DNA of 63,054 nt, counting the filler, from Octopus bimaculoides (lineage: Eukaryota): the NCBI RefSeq assembly GCF_001194135.2. It is 6 parts of 6 records of this genome, joined end to end, with 100 filler letters (N's around TTAATTAATTAA, not from the genome) between each part and the next. Parts side by side here need not be neighbours in the genome. Positions count along the whole stretch, not along the records: positions 32,370 to 63,054 come from NC_068981.1; 5 more parts are not named here. One strand, 5' to 3'. The translations under genes were made by a program, and so were the position numbers. The notes below the pieces were generated by a model that was given only the letters and a program-made list of their open reading frames with translations, was not told the DNA's origin and did no database searches. This document shows positions 45,801 to 58,210 of the stretch, one piece after another. Within the stretch, counting starts at the first letter, position 1; every line of letters starts with the position of its first letter.

Positions 45801-48453
45801 TGTCGCAAGTTTCAAAAAAGATTAAAAGAATATTTACAAAGTAAAATTAATGTTAGTGAATATTTGAGCAGCATGCATTTTAGTTAGCGACAATGTGTCA
45901 CTCAGATTGATATTTTAATCTAATTACGTTGGTAAGTAGACACATGCCATAAATAGTAAACGAGTCACGTGAATCTCTAGTTCTAGTTTTGGATTTGGTG
46001 TGAAAGATACGATAAACCACAATAAAGTCTATTTCTATCTCAAGCCGGAAAGTAAAAAGCTGTGATACATAATGATGAATGTTATATACTAGAATTTACA
46101 TGTTATGTAAGTAACACGAATATTGGTAACGAAGTACATGAACAAACAATCTTTCATGATCTGAAAGATATTCCAGTGACTATTAATAAAGATTTAGATC
46201 TAGCAACTGACACTGAAACGTAATATTACAAATCTTGCTGTGCTCGATTCTCAGATAAAAAAACAAAACGAATTAAACTAATGTATTTCCGGGAGAAGTG
46301 ATGCTATTGCTATGCTAATATTGTCGTTGGGTAGCTTATTTTTCGATATGGATTTCGAATCAGATAAGAACCAGTTCAAGGTCAGAATATTATTTCTAAC
46401 CAAGAAGGATCGTATTCCAGTTAGGAACACGATAAATTTAGCGCACACGAAAAAAAAAAAGAGAAAAGAAAAACTGCAGCAAAGTAGGTACCAAAGTTTC
46501 AGATTTGCGCTAGTTTGTTTAATGAAAAAAAAAAAAAAATGTGATAAATTTAAGATTATGAATGGTATTAGTATTTTGTAAACACAAAGTAACTTAGTCC
46601 ATTGATTAAGTAGAAATCACGTGAAACGTTTGAGAATGTAATGATAATATGATTATAAACTTGATGAGAATAATAATAATACAATAATAATGGTTCTAAT
46701 ACAAACCGGCAATTCCCACATTAGCACCACAATGTTTTGCAATGTAGTAAAGGGAACACGTGATTGTATCAATCACTGTGCATGAAAGAGGAAAGGAAAA
46801 CTGCCTCATGCAGAATTTGTATTTAGAAGACAAAGAGAGATATCATCGATGATATACTTAGCGTTTCTATCAACCAATTACCATCCACACCAATGATAAT
46901 AACATTTTCACTACACACACCCATCCACATACTTATATATGTATATATATATATATATATATTAAACTCAAATTACGACAAACGTAAATAAACAAACGAA
47001 GTTTGCTTTTAGAAGCGTTGAGATGTCTTTAGAAAGTTAAAGAACAGCTAGCCACCTACACTTTTCTCTGCAAAATAGGGGTAGTTTATCCTGTTCAGGC
47101 TATATTATTAGCATTATTCTGCAATTGAGAATTTAAAATAAAATCATATGTATATATATGCAGTATACTCGCTGCATATGCAGACATCTACGTACATATA
47201 TGTGTGTATGTGTGCGTTCATATGTATATACAAAAGTGTGTATGTACACATGCATGCGTGTATATGTGATATGCAGGCAAAAGTAAAACGATGCTAAATC
47301 TCAAGACAATTATCAAGGAGTTCCGATGCCTCTTTTATTGTTTTAGAAAAATGAAACGCTCATGTCAGAAAAAGATAAATAATAAAGTTTATATTCAATA
47401 ATATTACAAAGTTCAATTGATAGAAATTTCCAGAAAAGAAGGCACATTTAAAAGGTAATGAAGACTTGTATAAAGACAAAACTAGACAATAAATTGAAGA
47501 AAGTAATCAATGAAAGAAAACAAAAATGTAAAGAACAATAAACAATAGTATGAAGCTATTTAAATGTCGCATTGTTCTTTTCACCAGTGTAATAGTACTA
47601 AAGAAATATAACAAGAGGCCATAACAAGAATGTCGTTAAGCAAGCCAACATGCACGATAACAAAGATTTCAAAACCTTTATATATGAATAAAGAAATCTA
47701 AAGTCAAGAAAATTACAGCATCGATAACACGAACAATTTTATCATGAAAGAAGAAAAAAAAAAGCACTAAAATAAGAGCAATAACTTTAGTCAAATCTAC
47801 AAGACAACAGCATGTTATTTACTTTAATGCTCACTGACAATTGCGATTAGTAAACGAACTAAAAGGAGAGCGATAAAGAGGTGATTTATTGGCTAAACAT
47901 TTCTCTGAAGCAAATTTGTATCGTGTCATGATTGTTTATGTCTGGATAAGTTTCGCTTTTCTTTGAAAATTATTTATTTTTGTTTTCTTTTTTCTTTTAT
48001 CGGTTTTATCTTATTTTGTACTTCTTTCTTTTTGTATCTATTCACCTTTTGGTGAGCAATTGTGTGTATATGAATCATTACATAATATCAGAATATAAAC
48101 ATATATATATATATANNNNNNNNNNNNNNNNNNNNNNNNNNNNNNNNNNNNNNNNNNNNNNNNNNNNNNNNNNNNNNNNNNNNNNNNNNNNNNNNNNNNN
48201 NNNNNNNNNNNNNNNNNNNNNNNNNNNNNNNNNNNNNNNNNNNNNNNNNNNNNNNNNNNNNNNNNNNNNNNNNNNNNNNNNNNNNNNNNNNNNNNNNNNN
48301 NNNNNNNNNNNNNNNNNNNNNNNNNNNNNNNNNNNNNNNNNNNNNNNNNNNNNNNNNNNNNNNNNNNNNNNNNNNNNNNNNNNNNNNNNNNNNNNNNNNN
48401 NNNNNNNNNNNNNNNNNNNNATATATATATATATATATACATACATATATATA

Positions 48454-48488
<35 letters not shown>

Positions 48489-50478
48489 GCATGTATGTAT
48501 GTACGCATATTATACATATTATACACACACACATCTATGTAATGATGTTTGTTTGAATGTCTATGAAATATAAAAAAGTTCTCCACTCACTTATGCTGAA
48601 CATTCAACAAGCATACGCACACAAGCGCACAGGCACTTAGATATTCCAATGTAATGATGTAATCATTATTCTAAAATCTTTCAATGATTATTTAATGCTT
48701 ATCTTTTTTCTTCTCTCTTCTCTCTGGCGAATAGCTTTTAACTTTTACCGTTGTTCAGCAGCTGTACATATTCAATCTTTTATCAAATTCCTTTATACTA
48801 GAAGAAAACCATAGCTTTGAATAATGACCCACAGTCCTCAATGGAAGTGCTTCTTTCGTGTTTCATGCTATTTCTCGTTGTCTTTTTGTTATTGCTTTTC
48901 GTGCCCATCCCGTGTTTTTGCAATTTTATTATTGGTATGTGCTATTTTTCATCAAACATTAATTATAATAATCTCAATTAATTATTTCCAAATTTTAATT
49001 ATACGTAAATATTGCAAGAATTATATAAAATGTTTTATTTACAACTATTTTATATTGTTGTCTCGGTGTTGCTTTGCACTAACTTTTTACCGCATTTAAA
49101 TCTATATTTTACGAATAAATCAATTCACTGTTTGCACACCGAATAGTCAGCATTCAACATTTGCTTGTATTCATTTTACTTTTATATTCATAGCATTTCT
49201 CTGTGTCCATTCCGTTTTGGATTCTATCATACTCTGAAAGAGGAAAATTTCATTATGTATATTATGAGAGAATACAAACTTTATTGATAAGATTAATTAG
49301 AAAATATATAACAGTTGCTACATGAGATTTACAGTAATTGGAAAACTACTTCAAATTTCTACTGATTTAATAAATACAAGTTGTTTTACCCGGGGAAATT
49401 AATTACATTAACAAGTTGTTTGACCAATTTTTCAGTAGTTTACCTCTTTTGGAAATATCGCATGAAATATTGAATAACCAAAAATCGCAACTTTAGGAAT
49501 ATATTTGCAAACATAAAAGAATACGTTATATTTTGATTTCACGTCATTTTGAAGTATATAATTATTTTTTGTTTTAAATAATTTTGGGTTTATGAAAACA
49601 ACGTTAGTTTTCCATTGTCGTTTTAGTTGAATAACTGTTTCACGTTTAACAATAACTATATATGTCAGGAAATGTAATCAAAAATAAACCAGAAACAAAA
49701 TGTAAAATATTCTGAAAGTAATTTTGAACGGAAGAAAGTAATAAATATTTATATCAAAGTCGAAAATAGAATAACTATTGTTGTAAAAACCAAAAGGAAA
49801 TGACAAGAAGAAACAAACAAAAATGCAATTATAGTCAATAAAGAAAGTCTGCATACGTAAATTAAATAGGAGTAGAACGTTGATGTTCCATTGGACTTTG
49901 ACCAGTGCAGTCAGCAAGGTCATGTTTATACTTCTTTGGGATAGAGTGTTCTGTTAAACACATAGAAAATTAAAGTCATCGAGGTGAGACATCGCAGGCA
50001 AGTGTATCTATAGGCATTCGAATACCTTTGATTCAATCTTATTTAGTTTTAGGAAAATCAATTTCGCTAATAACGTCAGATTGGTATCACATTGAATCAA
50101 ACTGCCCAAGATAACTCTCTGAATTAATAATGATTCGAACTCTTTCCAAACCAAGCATTTAATTCCAACCTAGATTCGATGAATAAAAGAGGTTTCTTGC
50201 AAAATTATCTTAGTGGATAATTACATTAAAAAAAAAAGAACTTCCGATTGAAATCAAGTCAACTGTAAATACCAATAACATTTCAAGATAAATAATTAGC
50301 ATGTCCAAATTCTACATATAACATTAATCTGATATGTATTGAGCTAATGTCGAGCAAAGGTTCATCGTATTTAGGAATTTTAGATAAGTAGTTGGTTTCA
50401 ATTTTAGCTTTACATTCGATTCCATTTCCCCCTCTGGATGCTATGTAATTACATCACAGATTTATATATGCATATATA

Positions 50479-50542
<64 letters not shown>

Positions 50543-52337
50543 NNNNNNNNNNNNNNNNNNNNNNNNNNNNNNNNNNNNNNNNNNNNNNNNNNNNNNNNNN
50601 NNNNNNNNNNNNNNNNNNNNNNNNNNNNNNNNNNNNNNNNNNNNNNNNNNNNNNNNNNNNNNNNNNNNNNNNNNNNNNNNNNNNNNNNNNNNNNNNNNNN
50701 NNNNNNNNNNNNNNNNNNNNNNNNNNNNNNNNNNNNNNNNNNNNNNNNNNNNNNNNNNNNNNNNNNNNNNNNNNNNNNNNNNNNNNNNNNNNNNNNNNNN
50801 NNNNNNNNNNNNNNNNNNNNNNNNNNNNNNNNNNNNNNNNNNNNNNNNNNNNNNNNNNNNNNNNNNNNNNNNNNNNNNNNNNNNNNNNNNNNNNNNNNNN
50901 NNNNNNNNNNNNNNNNNNNNNNNNNNNNNNNNNNNNNNNNNNNNNNNNNNNNNNNNNNNNNNNNNNNNNNNNNNNNNNNNNNNNNNNNNNNNNNNNNNNN
51001 NNNNTATATATATATACAAGTGTGTGCATCTGTACGTGTAGCAGCTTTTCTGTAAACATTCAAATTACGTAGACCCTTAACATGCAGTTTCAGTAACGGC
51101 CTACGCTGAAATTGTAGGAATCGAAATTCCTTTGAAGTATATACAGTCGCTTTATTCAAGACGTTAGTCACATCGATATAGATTTGTTTCTATGAAATCG
51201 GGATAAGGACATCTAGAAAACAAAGTATACACTAAATTTAGGCATTTAAATATTTATGAAAAATAAATTAAGAAGGAAAAACAGGTAGAAAAGTATGGGC
51301 AAATAGCGTGATCTTGGTAAAATACCATATAATATACCTCCTAAAGTTTAGTCAAATACTAAAAGCGTAGTGCATATCCAGAGTCAACCACTGGCTACAT
51401 TCGTGAGGTTTTCGTACAATTTGTGGGCTACATTATTTTAAAGACCTACAAATTTTCAAATCTTTCTACCAATCTTTTGCGGTCATGACGGAATGTTAAT
51501 GAACAACTGGAAAGAGAACTCGATATGCATAGCAGAAACAGTATGCATAGCAGATTCTTTTAATCGAAACCTATAAATTCTGTGTTTCATATATATAAGC
51601 CAATTAAAATTCTTATCCCCTTTGAAGGAGTGGACAAGCGAAAATAACATATTCTCTGCAGCTGTTAGAAATATCGGCGAACATCTCTAAACTTAAATAC
51701 TGTTTGTTCTGTTAATTGCAAGAATGACACCATATAAGATAGTTGTAGACAGGGTGATTAAGCATGGAATGATTTTCTGCATAGGAATGACTAGTGTAAA
51801 TTATTTCGTAACTGAAACAAATTACGCAAGTTTTATTTATATATACGAGTTTTATTAAATGAACAATACGAGCGTAAATTTTAAATACCGAGTAACATAC
51901 CATGCGAGGTACATTAAAAGAACGGTGGATATGGTGGAGCTAATGATATTCATTTCATGTGTGTTGCGAATTTATATATTTGTTGCTGACAGTTTTGTAA
52001 AATTCAGGTCATCCTTCATTTCCTTCAATTATGGCTGAACAAGATTACAACCATGAACATCACATCTCTTTCCCTTTTATCTTTCTCTTTTAAAAATTTA
52101 CATTAATAATATTACCCTGTGTGTCACATTTTTAGGATTATAAGGGAAGTTTGATTACATCTATAGTCGATGTACTGACAATTTAGATATTGCCACGTTG
52201 ACTTATTTTCACAGTTTATTATACTCTAACTATACACCCTCAAATGATATGTCTTTTATACAACACGGTATTTTAGTTTGTTGTAAAATATTTAATATGG
52301 TAATTGATATTTTATGATATTATCATTAGGGCGTCTG

Positions 52338-52560
52338 TAAGGCAGCGAGCTGGTAGAATCGTTAGCACGCCGAGGGAAATGCTTATCAGTATTTCGCCTG
52401 TCGCTACATACCGAGTTGAAATTCCGTCAGAGTCGACTTTGCTTATCATTCTTTTGGAGTCTATTGAATAAGTACCGGTTACGGATTGAAGTCGATGTGA
52501 TTGACTAATCTCCTGCACCAAGTTTCAGGCCTTGTGCCTATAGCAGAAATGGTTATTATT
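52338..52560 (+). mobile_element. tRNA-derived SINE family A-related
   Basis: AAGGCAGCGAGCTGGTAGAATCGTTAGCACGCCG...GAGTTGAAATTCCG...GTCGACTTTGC. Confidence 0.85.
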
Positions 52561-53788
52561 AAGATGTTGTAGATCTAAAAACAGTATAACCTTCGATCGT
52601 TTATTGAGATACATGACTAGAATAAATAAACCAGCAATGGCGTATCTACTTAGACGTTTGACATTCAGAAACAACAGCCATGTCTCCTTCAAATCACAAA
52701 TTATTTTTTAAATCTAAAGCTGTAAATATATACCTCATGCCTTCAGTTTGAGTTATAGTACAAACAGAGTTATTTGATCAGGATGACCAAGACTTCCAAT
52801 AACATCGATAGCAGCAATATATTTACAAAAGCAAAAAGCAAAGAAGATCAAATTAAATGTTTTCAAATAAATAGTTAGGTTCTCTGCTGCGTCACGAAGT
52901 TCACAAAGTTCATAAATTATATAGAATAAATGAAAGTATATACATTCATATTTTGTGGAATGAAATTAGAGTTTCTTTCCGATGTGAAATGTTAGTGCAT
53001 TATCTAGGAAAAAAGCAGAAAGATTAAAAAGATAGCCGCTGCATCTAGCAGTTTTAATGATCAAACTTTGCGCCAATATTGTACATTATTTGTTGCTGAA
53101 GGTTTACAAAGCTCAAATACAAATGGCTGTATAAACATACATACATACACATACACAAACACATATATGTATACATACGTGCACGTGAACCATCGAGCGT
53201 GTGTGTAAAGAAGTAATCTTCTAAAGTAAACTACATATTTCTAAAGATTCTCAATATATTCACCTACAGCTATAGCCTACCTGCCAAAAGAAAGAAATAA
53301 AGATGATAAAAGTATATAATTTGCAGAAAACTTGAAATACGTTTTATCCTGTGCGTGCCTTAATTCGAAACGGAAGATCAGCTTTCTGAACCACTGCCGG
53401 ATGTGTTCAGAAGTCGATTGGAAAAATTCGTGCTTGCACATTTGGGAAAGTTGTAGATATTGGCACCATCTCTCATAACTTACAGACCTAAATGTAAATA
53501 GAGCTTTTCAATATATTGTTATTGGCCATTCGTTGCCCCCATTAATAACATGGGTCTTCTTCTTTTTTATAACAAATAATCATTCATAAACACACCAGTA
53601 TCAACACATCCACTGCTAATCACAACCACACACACGTTTGTGTCTATGTGTGTGTGTGTCTATGTGTGTGTGTGTCTATGTGTGTGTGTGTATTTGTGTG
53701 TACTCTATATATCTTGCTATCTCTCTCACCCTCAGTTATTTTACACACACTCACAAACATAGAAACATACATACACACACATATGCAG

Positions 53789-53829
<41 letters not shown>

Positions 53830-54298
53830 TACTGAGAGAGCATTCTGGAAGATATTTACATAGGTAGATAGAAAGAAATGTTAGCTTGTAATTTTTACAT
53901 CTCTGGCATATGATTCGTGTCTCTTCACTGTATGCTAGGCAATAATTTGGTTTCGTGTCACTTCGTCTCTTTTCCCATAGAAGTAGCTGAGTATTTTAGA
54001 TTCTCAGTAACGTAAGAATATCGAGAAAAGGGCTAGCAAAGACCCATGCAAAACTATATGCTATAAAAACCCCGGAACACCCTGCCACATTGTATGTTAT
54101 AAAGATTATGTATGTATGTACATATGTATGTATGTCATTATTCACTTTTATTTCAAGATTTCTTGCCAATAGACAAAAAGCCAGATTCAAGCCTAGATCC
54201 AAAGCTCCTTCATTCGAATTTCAAAAACAGATTATGCATGTCTGTCTGTCTGTCTGTCTGTCTGTATGTATGTATGTGTGTATGCATGCATGCATATA

Positions 54299-55070
54299 CA
54301 GGTTGTGATGGGTAAATTGTCGCCATTTTACATTTTTAATTTCACACATGCGCTTTGTTTGCTTTTGATTTTGTCAACTACACAGTATAATAAGGTCGAT
54401 CTGCGAGAAAAAAACAGCACTGTGACACAATTCACTATGCCAGAAATTTGGAAACGATATGCGGTACTGCTTGGCATTCGCGCTGGAGGCTCCAAATCGA
54501 ACATCTCATCATGTTTGGGTATCGATCTACGGAAAATGCAGAGGATTCAGAAAGCGTTGGATGAGTTTAATGGTGATTTGGTTTCCCTCAGACGACAAAA
54601 ATTTCTGCCACGATCAAATGGTGAACACGCAAATTAACCGTTGGCTTGCCATGGACATAAAATATGGACTGAGAGTGATAAAAAACATACAATTGACACC
54701 ATGGTGTTTGGAGTGATCACTCAGTGATTACAATGTTATGCTTCTATTCATCTCCCCCAGCCCGCTTCAGACTCAGCACAAAGGCCTACATCAAATGCCT
54801 TGAGGAGGTAGTGCTGCTCTGGGTCAACAGCTTGGCTGCTGGAAAACCTTATGTGTAGCAACAGGACTCTGCACCATACAACACTAGCACGAGAACTCAG
54901 TCATGGATGTCAGAGAATTTCTGCAACCACATCACCCATTAACATCTGGCCACTTAACTCCCCAGACTGCAACCCATTTATTTATTATGTTTGGGGTGCA
55001 GTTGAGCAAGAGTGAAAAAAACTCCTTGTAACACCAAAGATGAACTGAAAGCAAGTATTATAGCAACACA
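54299..55070 (+). mobile_element. Tc1/mariner transposon of maT (DD37D) type, defective
   Basis: TA followed by TIR-like CAGGTTGTGATGGGTAAATTGTCGCC. HTH region KRYAVLLGIRAG.SKSNISSCLGI. Catalytic region AYIKCLEEVVL...QQDSAP...WMSENFCNHIT.NIWPLNSPDCNPFIYYVWG. The third Asp position lies about 37 residues after the second and is mutated here. Contains stops and frameshifts. Confidence 0.88.
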
Positions 55071-55074
55071 TTTT

Positions 55075-55260
55075 ACAGCATTTACAATGTTCACAGGGCA
55101 TTGAGAAATAGCCATGATGTCGGCATTTGAACATTCGGTGCGAATCATTAGGCCAGTCGGGAACATTTGTTAATATTCAGATGGCTTCTCAGCTTACATT
55201 TACTCAACTGCAACTTGCAGTTTTCGCTCTCCAACACCGTCGACTGCCCATCAATCCATC
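55075..55260 (-). mobile_element. Second Tc1/mariner-like N-terminal fragment, opposite orientation
   Basis: GLMIRTECSNADIMAISQCPVNIVNAVK resembles the first HTH of maT-type transposases. Confidence 0.4.
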
Positions 55261-56519
55261 AATTTGTATCTGAAGGAGGCATAGTAAATAGTCAAGTTAT
55301 CCCGAACATAGTGTATCTTTGTGATATATTCTAAACAACCGAGCAAGCATGAGCATTAACGACTATTGATGTTGTTATATGTGTTACACTTCACACAGCT
55401 GTTACATTCATTCTAGATAGAGATATAAGTATAAATTTAATTCTCACTTTGGTTATGGTTAGGTAGAATTAACAGAGTCGCTGACCAACATAGCCGTCAA
55501 ATTCACCAGCCCGAAGATGTCACAGCAATTCCTCACAGAGGTAGTCTGCAAAAGGGCAACAAGGCATCAGAAGAACGTATCACTGTGTGCGTGCGTGTGT
55601 GTCAATGTGTACGCTTGTGTGTATATATATATATATATNNNNNNNNNNNNNNNNNNNNNNNNNNNNNNNNNNNNNNNNNNNNNNNNNNNNNNNNNNNNNN
55701 NNNNNNNNNNNNNNNNNNNNNNNNTTATATATATTTATATTTGTATTTATATATATTCATATATATTTATATTTGTATTTATATATATTCATATATATAT
55801 GTGTGTGCGCATGCGCGTGCACGTGTATGTAATGAAGAAAAGATACAGGGTCCTACAGCACTGTTCCCCTATCCCCGATTAAATTATTATTAAAATGTTT
55901 CAGCTTGTACCAACGCAAGTAACTTGAAAGAAATTGGACCAGATTTGCAGTTTACTATGTCTGGAAGCTGATCTATAGATTTCGATTTAATTTTAATTAA
56001 ACCAAATATCTGTAAATATCATAGGAACGATTTCAATGTACTTTTTGTCTCATTTGCCAAGATATCGTAAGTTGTGTTCTAAGGAAGACCAATTATTCCC
56101 TGTAGCATAAATAGAAAGTTATTTCTGTGAGTGTGGGTTTGAATGTGTGTTTGCCGATTGTATCTAGTTGTTACCACAGGTAAGAATGAAAGTAATGATA
56201 TAAGTTTAATTAGCACACAGACGGCTCCGACATTTGTAGAAATAGGGAAATAATGACATCTATACATTCAGTTAAATACCAAAGAGACTATAACTTTGAG
56301 ACTTTGTTAATAAAATCTCAGTCTACGACTTAAAAATTAATGTTTAAATCAAACACTACTCATATTTTTACACATATTTATCACATACATACAAGTACGA
56401 TCACTCATACCCACGCATGCACAGAGACATATTCACAAAATATAGACTAATATACTCATGAGAAATCTTACTCTGTCGTTTTAACATAAGGTAAAATTAC
56501 ATTAAATTTCTTACTAATA

Positions 56520-56735
56520 CCGGTTTGAAATGTTGGCACGACGCCAACAATATTGGGAGGAGGTAAGTCGATTATATCGATCCCAGTGTTCAAATGGTAC
56601 TGATTTTATGACTCTGATAGGATGAAAGACAAAATGGACCTCGGTGGAATCTGATGTCCCAACGTAAACACGGAGGAAATACCTCTAAGCATTTTGCCCG
56701 TCGTGCAAACGAGTCAGACAGCTTGCCGCCCTCAA
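56520..56735 (-). mobile_element. SINE family A-related, diverged copy
   Basis: GTAAGTCGATTATATCGATCCCAGTG...GGATGAAAGACAAA..GACCTCGGTGGAAT...CTAAGCATTTTGCCCG. Confidence 0.75.
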
Positions 56736-57142
56736 ATTTATTAATATTGTCCACGCTTATTAAGCGTATATTATTTGCATATAGTTGCGAGCTTTCAGAA
56801 TTGTCAGCATGCACATCTATAACTGTGCAACGTCTACATCATAACTACTGTTGTAATTCCCTTCTATCTCTGGATGTATTTAAAATTAGAATTGGATTTA
56901 GCCGCGCATTCTCATCTGTAAAAAGGCTGTTTACATATACGAGAGGATACTTTCTGTTTTAGAAGATGCGGAAGAGGGTATCAATATTTAAGTAATGTGT
57001 CCTTATGAAATAGACGAAGGTGGAATGTATGTATAAAGTGTTTGGCGTGCCGTCCAAATATTGTTTATTGAGAAAAAGGAGGCAGTTCATATATATAATA
57101 AAGGAAGCAAAATGCACACAGTTTACATAGTTTCAATACATT

Positions 57143-58210
57143 TTAACCTACTGGCTGACATTGGGTCCAATGGGCGCATTTCAGTTTTTCTTTTTTCAGT
57201 TGCTTTTTCCTACTGTTTATATGATTTGATTCAGCTGATTTCTCGTGGCTCTTATTTTTCTTGACTCTGTTTTATTTGTCATGTGGAAAATGTTCCATGT
57301 GTTTATAAAAGCTAGAATATTTCAGTTTATAGATTAATTACCGCATCGGTCCATTGGACCCTCGATTTAAATTCAGACAATATTTTTGTCATTCTAAACA
57401 GAATAAAATCAGCATCAAATATTATCTTCCTAGATATTTAGCAAAGATAAAATAGATAAAATTATATTCAATCTATTTGCTAAATTTTATAAGAAAATAG
57501 GAAAAAATATGAAAATATTCCTGTATATTTGTGTGGTATTGCATCACTATCAATCTGCTAGTTTATAGGGTGATGAGATATTTCTATGTGATGACACAAT
57601 TCTTATAATATATTGCATCATTTTTCAGGAGAGTATAAATATGTTAGTCCGCTATCAAGTTTCATATAATTCAGTTGTGCTTTCCAATATGCATACAAGT
57701 GAAAACTTGAGTGAAGACCAAATATCGAAAAGGTTATTGGAATTAGATGAAGAATGTAAAGAAGATAGTAGTGACTCCTTCTATTGCTCTGAATATGATG
57801 GTGAAAGTGATTGTGTGCTGGACAGTTTAGGTTCTGTGTCATCATATGATGAAAATACTCAAAAACAATTATCTGCAAGCCACCCAATTATGAATGAGCA
57901 ATATGTTTCTAGAGACAGACAAGATGTTTGGCATTCTAATCCTCTTACTCAAGCAGCAGTAAGAACTTCATCTTGCAATATTGTGTGCCGAGAATATGGA
58001 CCATCCCGTTTTGGTAAAAGGTCTTGTGATAGCATTGAATCGTGTTTTACTATCTTTACGCGCCAGAATCTTCTTGAAGTAATTCGTAAATGGACAAATG
58101 TTGAAGGCCAGGTTGTTTACAATTTCCTTCCTGTTCAAAAAGGAAGGAAACTGATCACTCTGAACTAAAGAAATTTATTGTACTGACTATTCTTATAGGA
58201 TTTTACAGCT
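57143..58210 (+). mobile_element. piggyBac-like transposon 5' remnant (transposase N-terminus)
   Basis: The ORF at 57641-58168 has an acidic N-terminus, then YVSRD..DVW...P...VRTSSCNI....GPSRF.K..CDSIESCF.IF...LLEVIRKWTN.EG, typical of PGBD-type transposases. Possible TTAA-CC left end near 57143. The catalytic domain is not intact. Confidence 0.72.

Noticed and set aside
52750-52965. ATG-less hydrophobic frame on the minus strand (YELCELRDAAENLTIYLKTFNLIFFAFCFCK...)
   Set aside because: No convincing splice sites or recognisable family.
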